Assembly (NCBI GenBank): GCA_964482555.1
Contig: CAYZXY010000010.1
Coordinates: forward strand, 2,135-66,134
Source of the DNA: an uncultured Pirellulales bacterium
GTDB lineage: Bacteria > Planctomycetota > Phycisphaerae > Sedimentisphaerales > SM23-30
Reading direction: 5' to 3'
Length of the DNA stretch: 64,000 nucleotides
Shown here in pieces: positions 1-14,158 of the stretch. Each line of letters begins with the position of its first letter. The stretch's first letter is position 1. The translations under genes and the position numbers were made by a program. The notes below the pieces were generated by a model. That model did no database searches, was not told the DNA's origin, and saw only the letters and a list, made by a program, of their open reading frames with translations.

Positions 1-103
1 TTGATGGCTCGTTGCCTGCTCCGCCCTGCCACTGCTGCTCCCACACTACCGGCAAGTTCTTGCGGAGCTTTTCCAGACTCATGCGATCTGGCGGGTGCAT
101 TGG

Positions 104-502
104 TCAGAGCGGCCAGTCGTAGGGACACCTGCAGAGCCCGAGCAACCCGAGCAGGCGCATGTCCTGGATGTCGACTATTCCATCGGGGTGCAGGTTGCCG
201 GGCAGGTCGGGGCCGGATTTGAGCCAGTCGCCGGCAAGGCTGGCAAAGTCCTGCAGCGTGATGAAGCACGCCGAGCCCTGCGCCCAGTAGCCGCCGACAA
301 GCAGGTAGCCGCCGCCTGCGGACTGTGCGGCGATTTCTTCGACAAGACCGGGTAGCTCTTCCGCTTCGCTTTCGCCGGAGAACTTCTTCTGGATACCGAT
401 GTCGATCTGGACTTCACGACCGCTTTCACCTCGGCTGAGCCGAGTAAAGTTCTGGGCTTTGGGATCGCCTTTCGGGCCTCGCTCGCCGCAGTCAGTTTCG
501 CC
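104..502 (-). pseudogene. Start-less open frame encoding a dockerin-like C-terminal fragment (possible frameshifted or truncated gene remnant)
   Basis: My own minus-strand translation, ending at the stop at 104..106, reads ...GERGPKGDPK...ITLQDFASLAGDWLKSGPDLPGNLHPDGIVDIQDMRLL... There is no in-frame ATG/GTG after the upstream stop at 503..505. The listed ORF 175..576(-) is in another frame and is low-complexity. Confidence 0.3.
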
Positions 503-734
503 TCACGTTCATGGTTGATCGCCTCGGCAAGGCCTTTCCGTTTATCATTTGCGTGACCTTGATGCCGGTGCGGCATCGGGAATCAACGCGCCCTAATAAC
601 GTTACTACGTTACTTATTTTTTTCAACGATATTCGGGACAAGGTCATGGCAAGTGGTAGTACCACGTGGGCGGCAGCGTCGGTGGTGCAGGTCGGTGGGA
701 AAGGGTAAAGAAATTGAGTGAATTAGCGCGAATG

Positions 735-840
735 TATACCCAATGGGGTAGAAAGCTCCCAGTGGGGTCGGACGTAAGTGTTATATCGGCAGATAATTAC
801 GTTCAGACAAGACGGGTATTTGCCATCGGATCGAGTCTAT
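735..840 (+). repeat. R105 interspersed repeat, subtype A (diverged centre)
   Basis: Starts TATACCCAATGGGGTAGAAAGC, contains GATAATTACGTTCAGACAAGACGGGTATTTGCCATCGGATCGAGTCTA, and aligns end to end with the other copies. Confidence 0.8.
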
Positions 841-1000
841 TAAATCGCTGACCGCCAATAACCGATATGTATTATGGGGGATTTATGAGAGATATTTTTG
901 GTGATTGGAAAAATATTTGGTTTGCACTGGCAATTTATCCTGTGTTAGCTTATAGTAATGATCTTATATGTATCCAGCGGATACATAAGGTTTAATTGAA

Positions 1001-1109
1001 TAATACCCAGAGGGTATGACGATTCCCGCCATGGCCAGCCGTAAGTGATTTATCCGCAAAAGATTACGTTTGGTCGCAACGGGCGTTGACGCTCCGCGAG
1101 AGCGAATAT
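1001..1109 (+). repeat. R105 interspersed repeat, subtype B (3' module diverged)
   Basis: Reads TAATACCCAGAGGGTATGACGATTCCCGCCATGGCCAGCCGTAAG...AGATTACGTTTGG...GAGCGAATAT. The 5' two thirds match the B copies at 35139, 37147 and 58135. Confidence 0.7.
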
Positions 1110-1232
1110 GGAATTGTAATAAATATGATACTAGCCGTATTTTATGTGTTTTGCTTAAACAGGAACACGACTACATTAATCAGGATAACTCATGGCGAGT
1201 CTGTTTTAACCCCTAGTGGAGGACGATATTAA

Positions 1233-4820
<3,588 letters not shown>

Positions 4821-4844
4821 TCTCATCCGGCGGAGCCGGAAAAG

Positions 4845-4951
4845 TATACCCAATTGGGTAGAAAGCTTCCGGCAGAACCGGGCGTAAGCTTTTTATTTGC
4901 TAATGATTACGTTCCGACAAAACGGATATTTTCAATCGGAACGAGAAATAT
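4845..4951 (+). repeat. R105 interspersed repeat, subtype A
   Basis: TATACCCAATTGGGTAGAAAGCTTCCGGCAGAACCGGGCGTAAGCTTTTTA...GATTACGTTCCGACAAAACGGATATTTTCAATCGGAACGAGAAATAT. Confidence 0.9.
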
Positions 4952-5249
4952 GGAAAATTTAAGACTCGTTTTTTTGACGTCCAAGGCATGCCTGAGTATC
5001 AACCGGGCATGCCTTTTTTATGGACGGCGGGATATTCTGAGGAGGGTTAAATTGCATACTGGTTCCGAGTGAGTTTTCGTTTATGCGGCTCTTTATGTCC
5101 AGTGATTTCCAATCATAATTGACTGGCCGGCAGAAAATTATAAAAAAACGCTCAAATCTTGAGCTATGTCTTGGTTCCGGGTATTTTTTTTGTATAATAT
5201 AGGTCAATCCTGAACAGGAAGAGTGAATCCAATTATTTCTGGAGTATCT

Positions 5250-6134
5250 ATGAGTAAAAGACATAATATCCGGGATTATCCGGGAAGCCGGCGTCAAATG
5301 GTTTTAGCCGTAATGGCTTTGGTTTGCATGTTAGTTCTGTTCTGCGGGTGCGCCGACCCCGCCGGTCGTTTGCAGGAGAGGATCTCCTCGTTGAACAGTA
5401 CGCGTCTCAAGATAGCGGTTAAGGATAATCTGGCCGCAGTTGGGGGATTGGACACCTGGTCGCAAGTGGAGTCATTGGAGGCTCAGGTTGTCGCCACGAT
5501 TTTCGACTCAGACGTTGGTCGTTTGCTGATTGCACAGCGACATACCCTGGAAAACAGCAAAGAGTTTCTGTTTCGTGTCGAAAGTTTTGAAGCCAGGGGG
5601 ACGTTTACCGAATCGCTGGACGGAAAGGGGCGGGTTACTGTCGAAACGGGTTCAGATCGGGAATTGGAGCAGAGCTTCGCCGTCGGCGTGAAACTGCTGC
5701 TTGAGTCCCGGGCGTTAACCGGCATGTTATATTTTCTGAATGAAGGGACCCCTCTGCAATATTTGGAACTTGAGCGAAAGGGCGGGACAGTTCATCATAA
5801 GATCAGGGCGAGCGGCGATTTTTTGTATCGGCAAACGGAAGAAGACCCGGTGGATGATGTTCTGGTCATATGGATAGACGAGGAAAATTCACTGATCGAT
5901 CGGATCTGGTTCCGTTATCAGAAGCCGGACGATCCTGAGGCATATGGGTACATGGCGGTTAGAGTTACGGATTATCGTACGATTGAGCTGGGTAGGGGGC
6001 AGAGTCTGACGCTGCCGTACCGTCTGGAATTCGTTCCCGGCGACGAGCAGCAGCAGTTCAGCCGTCGTCGAATTCTGCAACTGGAAGTCCGAGACTATCA
6101 GGTCAGGGTGAAGCGTCAGGAGAAGCTCTCCTGA
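5250..6134 (+). CDS. Hypothetical lipoprotein
   Basis: The ORF has a signal peptide plus lipobox (MALVCMLVLFCGC). GGAG lies 7 nt upstream of the ATG at 5250 (the listed ORF starts at GTG 5223). I recognise no family. Confidence 0.6.
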   Translation: MSKRHNIRDYPGSRRQMVLAVMALVCMLVLFCGCADPAGRLQERISSLNSTRLKIAVKDNLAAVGGLDTWSQVESLEAQVVATIFDSDVGRLLIAQRHTLENSKEFLFRVESFEARGTFTESLDGKGRVTVETGSDRELEQSFAVGVKLLLESRALTGMLYFLNEGTPLQYLELERKGGTVHHKIRASGDFLYRQTEEDPVDDVLVIWIDEENSLIDRIWFRYQKPDDPEAYGYMAVRVTDYRTIELGRGQSLTLPYRLEFVPGDEQQQFSRRRILQLEVRDYQVRVKRQEKLS

Positions 6135-6220
6135 CGCGAGTGGCAGGATGAAAACTTCTGCCGGATGGATTTCTGGCGTTATCGCCAATTGAAAAAAGGT
6201 TTGCCTGAAAGAGGCATCTG

Positions 6221-6472
6221 ATGTTCAACGCGAATACCGATGAACCGAAACTGTACAAAATCGGCAAGGCGGCGGAAACCGCCGGGGTTTCGAAACAATC
6301 CCTGCAATATTATCTGTTGGTCGGCCTGGTGGAGCCCACGACTCGTTCGGAAGGAGGCCAGCAGCTCTTTGACGATAAGGTGATCGAACGTATCAAGCTG
6401 ATCAAGCAACTTAATGAAAGCGGCTACCCGTTACGGGAGATACGGGATATATTTCTGGAGCGACGGAAATAG
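6221..6472 (+). CDS. MerR-family HTH transcriptional regulator (small)
   Basis: YKIGKAAETAGVSKQSLQYYLLVGLVEP...LFDDKVIERIKLIKQLNESGYPLREIRDIF is a typical MerR N-terminal HTH plus the start of a coiled coil. Confidence 0.8.
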   Translation: MFNANTDEPKLYKIGKAAETAGVSKQSLQYYLLVGLVEPTTRSEGGQQLFDDKVIERIKLIKQLNESGYPLREIRDIFLERRK

Positions 6473-6473
6473 A

Positions 6474-6516
6474 CATCAAAAAAAGTGGCATGACATGGTC
6501 AGGCCACTTTTTGTTT
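6474..6516. terminator. Bidirectional intrinsic terminator between convergent genes
   Basis: AAAAGTGGC (6481-6489) pairs with GCCACTTTT (6503-6511), with an inner TGAC/GTCA pairing. An A-run precedes the hairpin and TTTTGTTTTG follows it. Confidence 0.6.
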
Positions 6517-6534
6517 TGTAATGCCAAGGGGGCA

Positions 6535-9500
6535 TCAGATATTTTCCAGGACGATAAAGTTATCGGAACTGTTAAGTCTGGAATTAATCGAATCCGCGGC
6601 GTAGAGGCCGAATTCCGGATATTCGCTGCCGGTGGCGGCTATGGATTTGCCGGCGAATAAGCCGATGGAGCCGCTGCCTGAGGAGTTCGTCTGACCGCTG
6701 GGCAGTGAGCTGTAAAGTTCCGCGAGTACATAATCGGTCACGGCACCGGCGGTTACATAGGAATTATTAAACTTGTTGCCGAATATGAACTTGCCTATGT
6801 TGCCTGTGCTGAGGCTGTCATCCTGCTGGTTCAGATCGTAACGGTTTGACAGATCGGTATTCGTGCCGATATCGTAGCCGGCCAGGAACAGCGAATCGAC
6901 AACCTCGGTCCGGGCCTTCACCAGGTTCAGGTTGTCGGCGATGCTCAAGATAGCGTTATCGAAGGTATCGGCGCTGATGGACAGCAGGTTATCGGCCCGC
7001 ACCACGCCGTCAAAGACGCCGGTTTTCGCGGCGATGCTCAGGATCTCGTCTTCGGCGATGATGGTTCCCGATATGTTTTTCAGAGCGGAGATGCTTCTGA
7101 TGCTGCCGGCGGCGGCGGTTTCTTCGTTGAGGGCATTGTCGCCGGCGATGATGAAGTTGTGGGCGATGCCGCCTCGCTGGCTGGCAACGACGCCGATATC
7201 GGCGGCAGCCCGGATGTTTCCCGTGATGTCTTCACGGGCCACGACTTGCAGGATCGAGCCATTGCCGTCGATGCCGGTGGCGGTGAGGTGAGCGCCCAGG
7301 TCTTCCCTGAGGTTCACTTTGTGGATTTCACCGGCGACGACCTGGCCGCTGGCGTAGGAACTGGCTTGGAGGAATCCGAGTTGACCGGCGATATTAATAC
7401 TGACGTTTTCGCCGATATGGTCTGCCTTGATCATGGCAGGTTTGGCGGAGGGGAACTGGACATTGACGGCGGCGTTATTGTCCAGGTCGTCCACAATCAA
7501 CGAGCTCAAAGAGCCGTTGACGTCAATCTGTCTGGTAATGGATACCTGAGGAGCGAAGATGGTGCCCAGCGAGGCTGATGCGAGGGAAGGGGCCTCCTGG
7601 GCGGGGACTATGGTTGGAGGGTATGCCAGATCGGATGTTTTAATCGTTGCGATTTCGGTAGTCCCGCCCCGTACGGCAATGCGCAGCTGAGAGCGATCGG
7701 TGGTGCCGGACAATACCAGCGTGTCAATATTCGCGGCATCTCTTTTTCCGCCTTCAAGGAAAAAGACAAAGCTGCCTTCCGTCAGCGAGATGGTCACCAG
7801 GTCGCCATTGGCATCGACAAAGGTGCTGCGGTTCGTAAACGGAATGCTGCTGCCGCGGCCGATCGCCTGCAGTTCGACCGTCGATTCATCGAGGTCGTTG
7901 GTGGTCAGGTTAAAGGTCGTCTGGGCCAGAGTGTTCAGGGCGATGCTGTCGTCGGGCTGAAACAGCACATTTACAATAACGTTTTCGCCGGGTTCGATGA
8001 CTAACGGCGTCGTCAGATCGATATCCAGAGCGAACACCTCATTGGAACTGGTCCAGTTGGAGATAACCAGGTTCGTTTCCAGGGAATCATTGGAAATCGT
8101 CAGCGGCAGGCTGGCAACCTGGTCTTTGATCACCGTGCCGAAATCGAAGGAGGTTTCGGAAAGATCAATCTCAGGGCTGACGACCTTGCCGGCCAGATTA
8201 ATTTTGTAGGCTTCGAACAGGCTGCCGGTAATTTGCAGCGGCGCTTCATAGTTGCCAGCGGGCACATTGTCGCCCACAAAGGCCACAAAGACGTCCATCG
8301 GCATGCCCGGCTCCAGCACGGTATCGAGGACCAGATTGCCCGCGGCGTCAGGAAGGACTTCAAAGCCGTCGGGCGATTGCAGTTTGCCGTCTCTGTCCAG
8401 TGAGTAAAGGTCTGCGCCCAAAAGCACGAAGCCATTGTCCGGAGCGAGGATTGTGTTCAGATAGGTTTCCACTTTGTCGGCCTGAATGCGGAACCAGTCC
8501 GAAGCGGTGGCCGAGGATGATTGAGCGTCAATACTGACGGTATCCAGCTGCAAAACATCGTTGTTGCCGATGGCGTTCAGATTCGAATTGATGACGTTAA
8601 TCTGCGGAGCGGTTCCGATGCCGCGGACCTGAACCGATTCCTGAACGACATTGCCGGGCTCATCATCATCGATCAAACGGATTTGAATGGCGTCCTGATA
8701 GGATATTGTCAGGGGCTGATCGGATACAGGATTGAAGCTGACGATCAGGTCCAGGGCTTCGCCGGCGGCAACAACGATGTTTTGCAGCGGTTCGTCAGAA
8801 CCGGCAAGGGCAAGATCAAATGCGGAGGCGTCGCCTTTCACCAGGTCGATCCAGTCGATGGAGGCCGGTCCGGTGCCGGTATTTTTCAGCGTGAGGATGC
8901 GTTCCGTCGTCGAATTGAAGGGCCGGTGGCCGTATTGCAGCTGGCCGTCATTGACGCCGTCGTAATAGACGTCGTTGTCGTTTTCGCTGATGGTCAGCTC
9001 AGGCAACAGGCCGGTCGCCATGACATCAATGGTCGTTGTGTATTGCTGTTTATTGCCGAACTTATCGGTGCTTTGGATAACCAGCGTATCGACCGCGGTG
9101 CCGGCCTGGCTCGGATTGAAGTAAATGTTAAGCGTCTGGGATGCCGTATCGGATGTGGCTGAACCCAGCAGGAAGGGGAACGTCGGGGCCATATCCGGAT
9201 CGTCCGGCGAGAGGGACATCTGGAAATCGGAATGGGGATTGACGAAAAAGATGTTATTGATCTGGAGGCTGATATCGCCGATGTTGTTGAGCGTGAAGCT
9301 GGTCTGGGAATAGGTATCTACCGGCGTAGCAGGCACGACAAGTTTCTTATCCACATCAATGTCGAATTGCAGGTCCGCGCCGGTGATGACACCTTCGATA
9401 TCGATGACATCCGTTTCTTCCACCAGGGTTTCATTGCCCTGGTCGTCGATCGTATAAATCTGGTCGATGGTCAGCGTGTCGGTCAGCGTGTAAGGATTGT

Positions 9501-12500
9501 CGTTGTCGGGATTGGTTTCAGTTGGCAGGAACTGCACCCAGATATTCCGCACCGTGCCCGGCTCGATGAACAGATCGCCGCCTTCGCGTCCATAAGGCAG
9601 CTCTTCGAAAATTATCTCTTCGCCCGTTTGCGGTTCATTGGTCGGGTCGTCAAAGACGCGAACAGCAAAATTATCGCTGATGTTCAGGGTCCAGTCTTCC
9701 ACCCGGACTAATTCGTCACTGCGGTTGAAGATGCTTACCCGTTCCAGCGGATAGCTCCGGTCAACGGCGGATTTGCCGAAGGCCAGTTTTTTGTTTAGCG
9801 TCTCTTCGACGGAAAAGCCGGTGGAATCATAAATGATAATCGGTGACGTGTCGATGGATATCGGTCCGCTTAAAATGGCATTATTCGTGGTTTCCGTGTC
9901 AGCTTCCGTTTCCGCGATCGTGTCAGCCTGGTCGATGACGGCAATGAGATAGTAATCGCCTGCAGGAAAGATTTCGCTGATTGACGGAATCTCCACGGTA
10001 GATTGGGTATCGAAATAGATGGCATTTGTCGGATCCGCGAAGAAGAATCCCGGAATAAAATCGTTCATGGCACCCGGCAGGTCAGCCAGCGTCTGAGCCG
10101 ATGCCGGATCGGTAATATTCAGCAGGGTATCGGGGACGTAGGATTCGGGGTCATCTTCCGGGACAATGTCCGGGTCGTCAAAGATGGTATCGGCGCTGAG
10201 ATAATATTTGATATCCGTGCTTTCCAGAATACGGCCTACACCCAGATTGGTATATGTCGTTGTCACATCCAGCTCTTTGCCGGCCTGTACGAACAACGGG
10301 GGGATATCCGTTAACGGGCCCAGATCGGGATTGGCCAGCGTCGGAAAAGATAAATCCATAACGGCCAGGTCGCCGAGCAGCCCCGTGCCGTCGAGGGTGA
10401 CCGGCTCGGTGGCGCCGTTGGTAATGTCGAAGCGGGCTTCTTCGGTATTTTCCGCCCTGTCAGGATGGAAAACGACGGGGATTTCGACTGCGGTATGATC
10501 CGGCAGATTATTCAGATTGCCCAGCGAGCGCAGGGACACATCGACATTGACCGGTAAAAGCTCGTCCGTCAGAATAAACGGCTCGAAGGTTTGGGGGTTA
10601 AACGCATATTCCGCCCGTTCCGTCGCCAGGGTCAACGTATAGGTCCCTTCTTCCATCAAGACCGTTTTGAAGGTTTCCGTTTCGCCGACCTGGGTATAAG
10701 GCTTATCCAGTATCTTGATGCCATCGGCATTGAAGACACTAATGAACAGGTTGTCCTCGGCCAGCACGTCGAATTCGATGATCTCGCCGGCCGTGCTGCC
10801 GCCTTCGGGAGCGACAATTTCGATCACGCCGATGTCCTGTTCCATCTGCTGGCGTATGAAATTCTTGCGCATCAGGGCATCCGAATAAACGGCGGTTTCG
10901 TCCTGGGCCGGAATCGTCATTTCGGTTACCGCGAAATCGCCGGTCTGTTCCGCCCTGTTCACCAGCATCTGATAGACGGGGGGTTCGGGTTCAGATGAAA
11001 GGAAAGAAAAATCAACCGATATATAATACCGGCCTGTATAAGTTGCTATGAAGGAATCGATATATTCCCGACCTTCGCTGCTTAATAAATCCGCTCCGCC
11101 GGCCACCGGTTGTCCATATTCATTGTATATTTCGAAGTCTTCGATATAGACATATTCCGTGTTGTAGGAGATCAGTTCGATGCGGTCACCCGCTGCGGCG
11201 TCGAAATAATACCAGAAAGAGGGCGTCGGGTCATAAGGCATCGGGATGTTATATTCGGTCGGGGCCATGACGCGGAAAGGTTTTTCTTTAGAGAAAGAAC
11301 CTACCGCGATTTCTTCAGCGTTTTCCATCGTGAAATCGACGACCGGCGCCGTCGTGATATCGTTCAGCAGCGAGAACTTACCGCCCATTTCCTCCGTGAA
11401 ACTGACGCCGTTGAGGTTGAGAGGGCCGCCGGTGTTATTGATGAAGTAAAGATACTCCGGAGATGAATTGACGCCCACCGGGCTTTCAAAAGCGATCTGG
11501 CGGTCGAATGAATCTTCCCAGGAATCCAGAACCAGGATCGTACTGCCGACATAAGCTATCTGGTTGGATGTCTGCACGTTATTGGATGCGTCGTCTTCGT
11601 TGACGCTTTTATGGGAATTGACTACGGCGGTCAGATGATAGTCGCCATCGGGGATGCCGGTCGGATTCAGGGTTTCGGTGAAGGAGAAAGTCTCATCGAT
11701 TTCGAAGGGACCTTCATAAAGGAATTCACCCAGCCACAAATCGCCCTCGTTCAGCGGCAGGCCGTCGTCGTCGATGCCGTTCCAGATCATGTCGGGATTC
11801 TGGGTCAGATAATACGAGACATACATATTGTCATACACTTTCAGCGGTCCGTTGTTGGTGAAACTGCCGCTGACTTCAATTTCATCGCCGCTGAAGAAGA
11901 GGCTGGGAGAATTTACTTCATGCCCCGGGTTCAGCGGATTGACATAATTCAGGATTTCCAGCGAGTCCAGCGACAGGTCCGTGGGGTCTCCCGGAGCGCT
12001 GGCTCCGAACAATTCCACACCGTCGGTGGTGGTGTTGCCGGCATCCTCGCCGCTGATATTAAAGACCAGTTCCGCCGTAAGCTCGTCGGCGTTGATTTTC
12101 GGTGTAAAGAAGACTTCGATATCGGCGGTTTCACCTGGATCGAGTACCAGAATGGAATCGGTTTTCACGACCTCAAGGTCAACCAGAGCAGCCCCGACAT
12201 AAACAGCGGCATCAGAGGTGATTTTGATGTAATAGTACCCATCATCCATTAGCATCATATCCAGCGCGGGGATATTGCCGTTTTCATCCAGGTTTTCAAT
12301 GTCTGCGAGCGAGCCGAACGATGTGCCGTACTGGTTATACACTTCAATATCGACCTGGGTATCGGGTACATCGCCCACCGAGAGGGGGTACGCGAACTGA
12401 TAGTCCCCGATGGTCTGGGGGTCGCCGTCATCGGGTACGTTCAGGTCGTCTATGACAAGAATGATATGATAATCGCCATTCTCAAAAGTTCCCGGAGCCG

Positions 12501-13410
12501 GCAGATCGACTTTCGTTTGCTCCACATGCGATTCTCCGGCTGGCAAGGCGGAGGCTGCGAATGAATTCAGCATGATATCGATTGGCGAGCCATCATCATT
12601 GGTTTGGAGAATCCCGTCTTCATCGACATCGAGCGAATCGTTTTCGCTGAAATAATATGTCACTGTGAAATCGGCGGGCGCTGGGCTGTTGTTAAAGATC
12701 GAAGACCCTAACAGTAAAGTATTCGCCCATTCGGGTTTCCCTGCTAATTGCAGCTCTTCCGGCAGTAAAAGGTCATCGTTATCGCTGGTATCCGGGGGTT
12801 CCAGCGGCGTCCTGGCTATTGCGGATAAATCCACGATATCGCCATAATGACCGTCAATTTTATACCATAGTTCCTTATTGGTTTCCGGTTCGGTCGTGAT
12901 GGTATTCAAGATGGAGTCCCCGACAATCGTGCCGTCGGCCAGTTCCGCCCGGTAGTCCAGTTCGACAATGTCTTGCGGGTTTAGTGGATCAAGAAAATCG
13001 TTCGGTCCTTCGTCCGGTAAAGGTCCGGGTAGAAAGAAAGTAAAACTATCCTTGTTATCGCCAATGATTTCGGGCGATGCGATGACCGTTCCTTCGCCGT
13101 TCCAGGTTATCGAAACCGTGTGGTGTGATAAAACCTCATTGAGATTCGGTTCATCCCCGGCATCAATCATTGCCAGGATATCTTCATAAGGAATAGTCGT
13201 GGCCGGGTAACCTGTTTTGACAGGATAAAGGGCAGGATCGTCCAATTCAAATGAGACATACTGGTCAGAAGGATCGTCCCAGGTGTCCAGTAAGTTGTAC
13301 CAGTCCGGATCGGTGGGCTGATTGAACACCAGGGGCATTGGACCGGCCAGCATCTCCTTGATATCCGCGGATAGTAATATACGATTCTCCAACGACTCTA
13401 AATGCAGCAT
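6535..13410 (-). CDS. Giant (2291 aa) highly acidic secreted/surface protein with repeated Ig-like/CARDB-like/ASH-like modules
   Basis: One uninterrupted ORF with N-terminus MLHLESLENRILLSADI (LExRxLLSA-type). It has recurrent CARDB-like strings (DGDYHLTAVVN...NEDDASNN, AGDYYLIAVIDQ...TTNN, NGDYHIILVIDD). ASH/choice-of-anchor-like modules are also present (FDFGTVIKDQVASLPLTISN...LVIEPGENVIVNVLFQPD). The composition is rich in D/E/T/N. Confidence 0.85.
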   Translation of the reverse strand: MLHLESLENRILLSADIKEMLAGPMPLVFNQPTDPDWYNLLDTWDDPSDQYVSFELDDPALYPVKTGYPATTIPYEDILAMIDAGDEPNLNEVLSHHTVSITWNGEGTVIASPEIIGDNKDSFTFFLPGPLPDEGPNDFLDPLNPQDIVELDYRAELADGTIVGDSILNTITTEPETNKELWYKIDGHYGDIVDLSAIARTPLEPPDTSDNDDLLLPEELQLAGKPEWANTLLLGSSIFNNSPAPADFTVTYYFSENDSLDVDEDGILQTNDDGSPIDIMLNSFAASALPAGESHVEQTKVDLPAPGTFENGDYHIILVIDDLNVPDDGDPQTIGDYQFAYPLSVGDVPDTQVDIEVYNQYGTSFGSLADIENLDENGNIPALDMMLMDDGYYYIKITSDAAVYVGAALVDLEVVKTDSILVLDPGETADIEVFFTPKINADELTAELVFNISGEDAGNTTTDGVELFGASAPGDPTDLSLDSLEILNYVNPLNPGHEVNSPSLFFSGDEIEVSGSFTNNGPLKVYDNMYVSYYLTQNPDMIWNGIDDDGLPLNEGDLWLGEFLYEGPFEIDETFSFTETLNPTGIPDGDYHLTAVVNSHKSVNEDDASNNVQTSNQIAYVGSTILVLDSWEDSFDRQIAFESPVGVNSSPEYLYFINNTGGPLNLNGVSFTEEMGGKFSLLNDITTAPVVDFTMENAEEIAVGSFSKEKPFRVMAPTEYNIPMPYDPTPSFWYYFDAAAGDRIELISYNTEYVYIEDFEIYNEYGQPVAGGADLLSSEGREYIDSFIATYTGRYYISVDFSFLSSEPEPPVYQMLVNRAEQTGDFAVTEMTIPAQDETAVYSDALMRKNFIRQQMEQDIGVIEIVAPEGGSTAGEIIEFDVLAEDNLFISVFNADGIKILDKPYTQVGETETFKTVLMEEGTYTLTLATERAEYAFNPQTFEPFILTDELLPVNVDVSLRSLGNLNNLPDHTAVEIPVVFHPDRAENTEEARFDITNGATEPVTLDGTGLLGDLAVMDLSFPTLANPDLGPLTDIPPLFVQAGKELDVTTTYTNLGVGRILESTDIKYYLSADTIFDDPDIVPEDDPESYVPDTLLNITDPASAQTLADLPGAMNDFIPGFFFADPTNAIYFDTQSTVEIPSISEIFPAGDYYLIAVIDQADTIAETEADTETTNNAILSGPISIDTSPIIIYDSTGFSVEETLNKKLAFGKSAVDRSYPLERVSIFNRSDELVRVEDWTLNISDNFAVRVFDDPTNEPQTGEEIIFEELPYGREGGDLFIEPGTVRNIWVQFLPTETNPDNDNPYTLTDTLTIDQIYTIDDQGNETLVEETDVIDIEGVITGADLQFDIDVDKKLVVPATPVDTYSQTSFTLNNIGDISLQINNIFFVNPHSDFQMSLSPDDPDMAPTFPFLLGSATSDTASQTLNIYFNPSQAGTAVDTLVIQSTDKFGNKQQYTTTIDVMATGLLPELTISENDNDVYYDGVNDGQLQYGHRPFNSTTERILTLKNTGTGPASIDWIDLVKGDASAFDLALAGSDEPLQNIVVAAGEALDLIVSFNPVSDQPLTISYQDAIQIRLIDDDEPGNVVQESVQVRGIGTAPQINVINSNLNAIGNNDVLQLDTVSIDAQSSSATASDWFRIQADKVETYLNTILAPDNGFVLLGADLYSLDRDGKLQSPDGFEVLPDAAGNLVLDTVLEPGMPMDVFVAFVGDNVPAGNYEAPLQITGSLFEAYKINLAGKVVSPEIDLSETSFDFGTVIKDQVASLPLTISNDSLETNLVISNWTSSNEVFALDIDLTTPLVIEPGENVIVNVLFQPDDSIALNTLAQTTFNLTTNDLDESTVELQAIGRGSSIPFTNRSTFVDANGDLVTISLTEGSFVFFLEGGKRDAANIDTLVLSGTTDRSQLRIAVRGGTTEIATIKTSDLAYPPTIVPAQEAPSLASASLGTIFAPQVSITRQIDVNGSLSSLIVDDLDNNAAVNVQFPSAKPAMIKADHIGENVSINIAGQLGFLQASSYASGQVVAGEIHKVNLREDLGAHLTATGIDGNGSILQVVAREDITGNIRAAADIGVVASQRGGIAHNFIIAGDNALNEETAAAGSIRSISALKNISGTIIAEDEILSIAAKTGVFDGVVRADNLLSISADTFDNAILSIADNLNLVKARTEVVDSLFLAGYDIGTNTDLSNRYDLNQQDDSLSTGNIGKFIFGNKFNNSYVTAGAVTDYVLAELYSSLPSGQTNSSGSGSIGLFAGKSIAATGSEYPEFGLYAADSINSRLNSSDNFIVLENI

Positions 13411-13846
13411 AACTCCACCTCGTATAATTAAGGTTCGGCGAGAAATTAATGTATAGAAGTAAACGGCGAGAATACCTCAGGTTGGTCATCATCCGCCAAA
13501 CTGACGGTTTTTTTGGCTATTTTGTTAAATTTCAGCCTGACTGTCATCAGTTTACCAGAATCCAGTGAAAGAAGTCAAGAGTTTTTTGTCTTTGTAAGTA
13601 TTTTGTATTTATGGGGTTATGTGTATTGTTCTTTCGAGGTGGCCAAAGATTGAACTTTATGTTCATATTTAACCGATAATAACAGGTTTGGCCGTCAGAG
13701 GCCGTTTTTTATCGGTCTGGGTGGGTGCCATTGGTTTGCGCGGTCGGCTTTATCGAAAATGTCTTTCCTCTATTATCGCTTCGGGTTGATCGTTATTGCT
13801 GGATTCATGAAAAAAGAGAAAAAATTTAATTTTTTTAATTTTTTCA

Positions 13847-13875
13847 TTGGCAATGTACCACAAATGAGCTAATTT
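13847..13875 (+). promoter_or_regulatory. Candidate sigma70-type promoter for tRNA-Thr/tuf
   Basis: TTGGCA, a 17-nt spacer, then TAATTT, preceded by a long A/T tract (13811-13846) that looks like an UP element. It lies about 100 nt upstream of the tRNA. Confidence 0.3.
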
Positions 13876-13976
13876 GTTGTATTCTGCTGGAGTGAGGCCA
13901 GAGCTTCGCCAATAAGTAACTTATTAATTGTAGCAGGATAGAATCATTGAATTGATGATTCAGTGATATAAAACCT

Positions 13977-14048
<72 letters not shown>

Positions 14049-14158
14049 GTTTTTTGTTTGTATGCGTAACTAGGACAATAAGGTATGTTTCTGCCGGACG
14101 GCAGGGATATAAGTAGAGTTGAGATAAGAATCTCCATGTAAACAGGAGGACATCTAAG

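Noticed and set aside
666-851. ORFs that start inside R105 copies give similar peptides (MGRKLP..PGVSF...NYV.T.R.F.IG.). They are at 666..851, 4854..5072, the first 36 codons of 61141..62301, 52626..52910, 19579..19923, 37117..37326(-) and 60179..60517. They could be mistaken for a conserved small protein family.
   Set aside because: The copies differ by indels and frame-breaking changes, for example between subtype A and B and in the 52594 variant. Many copies carry stops in that frame. Conservation follows helix pairing (G-U tolerant), not codon position. In mcsB the true start is clearly the downstream ATG at 61249.
966-990. The palindrome TGTATCC-AGC-GGATACA between the two repeats upstream of nifJ as a possible operator.
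   Set aside because: It is a single occurrence in an AT-rich spacer with no adjacent regulator gene to tie it to. The support is insufficient.
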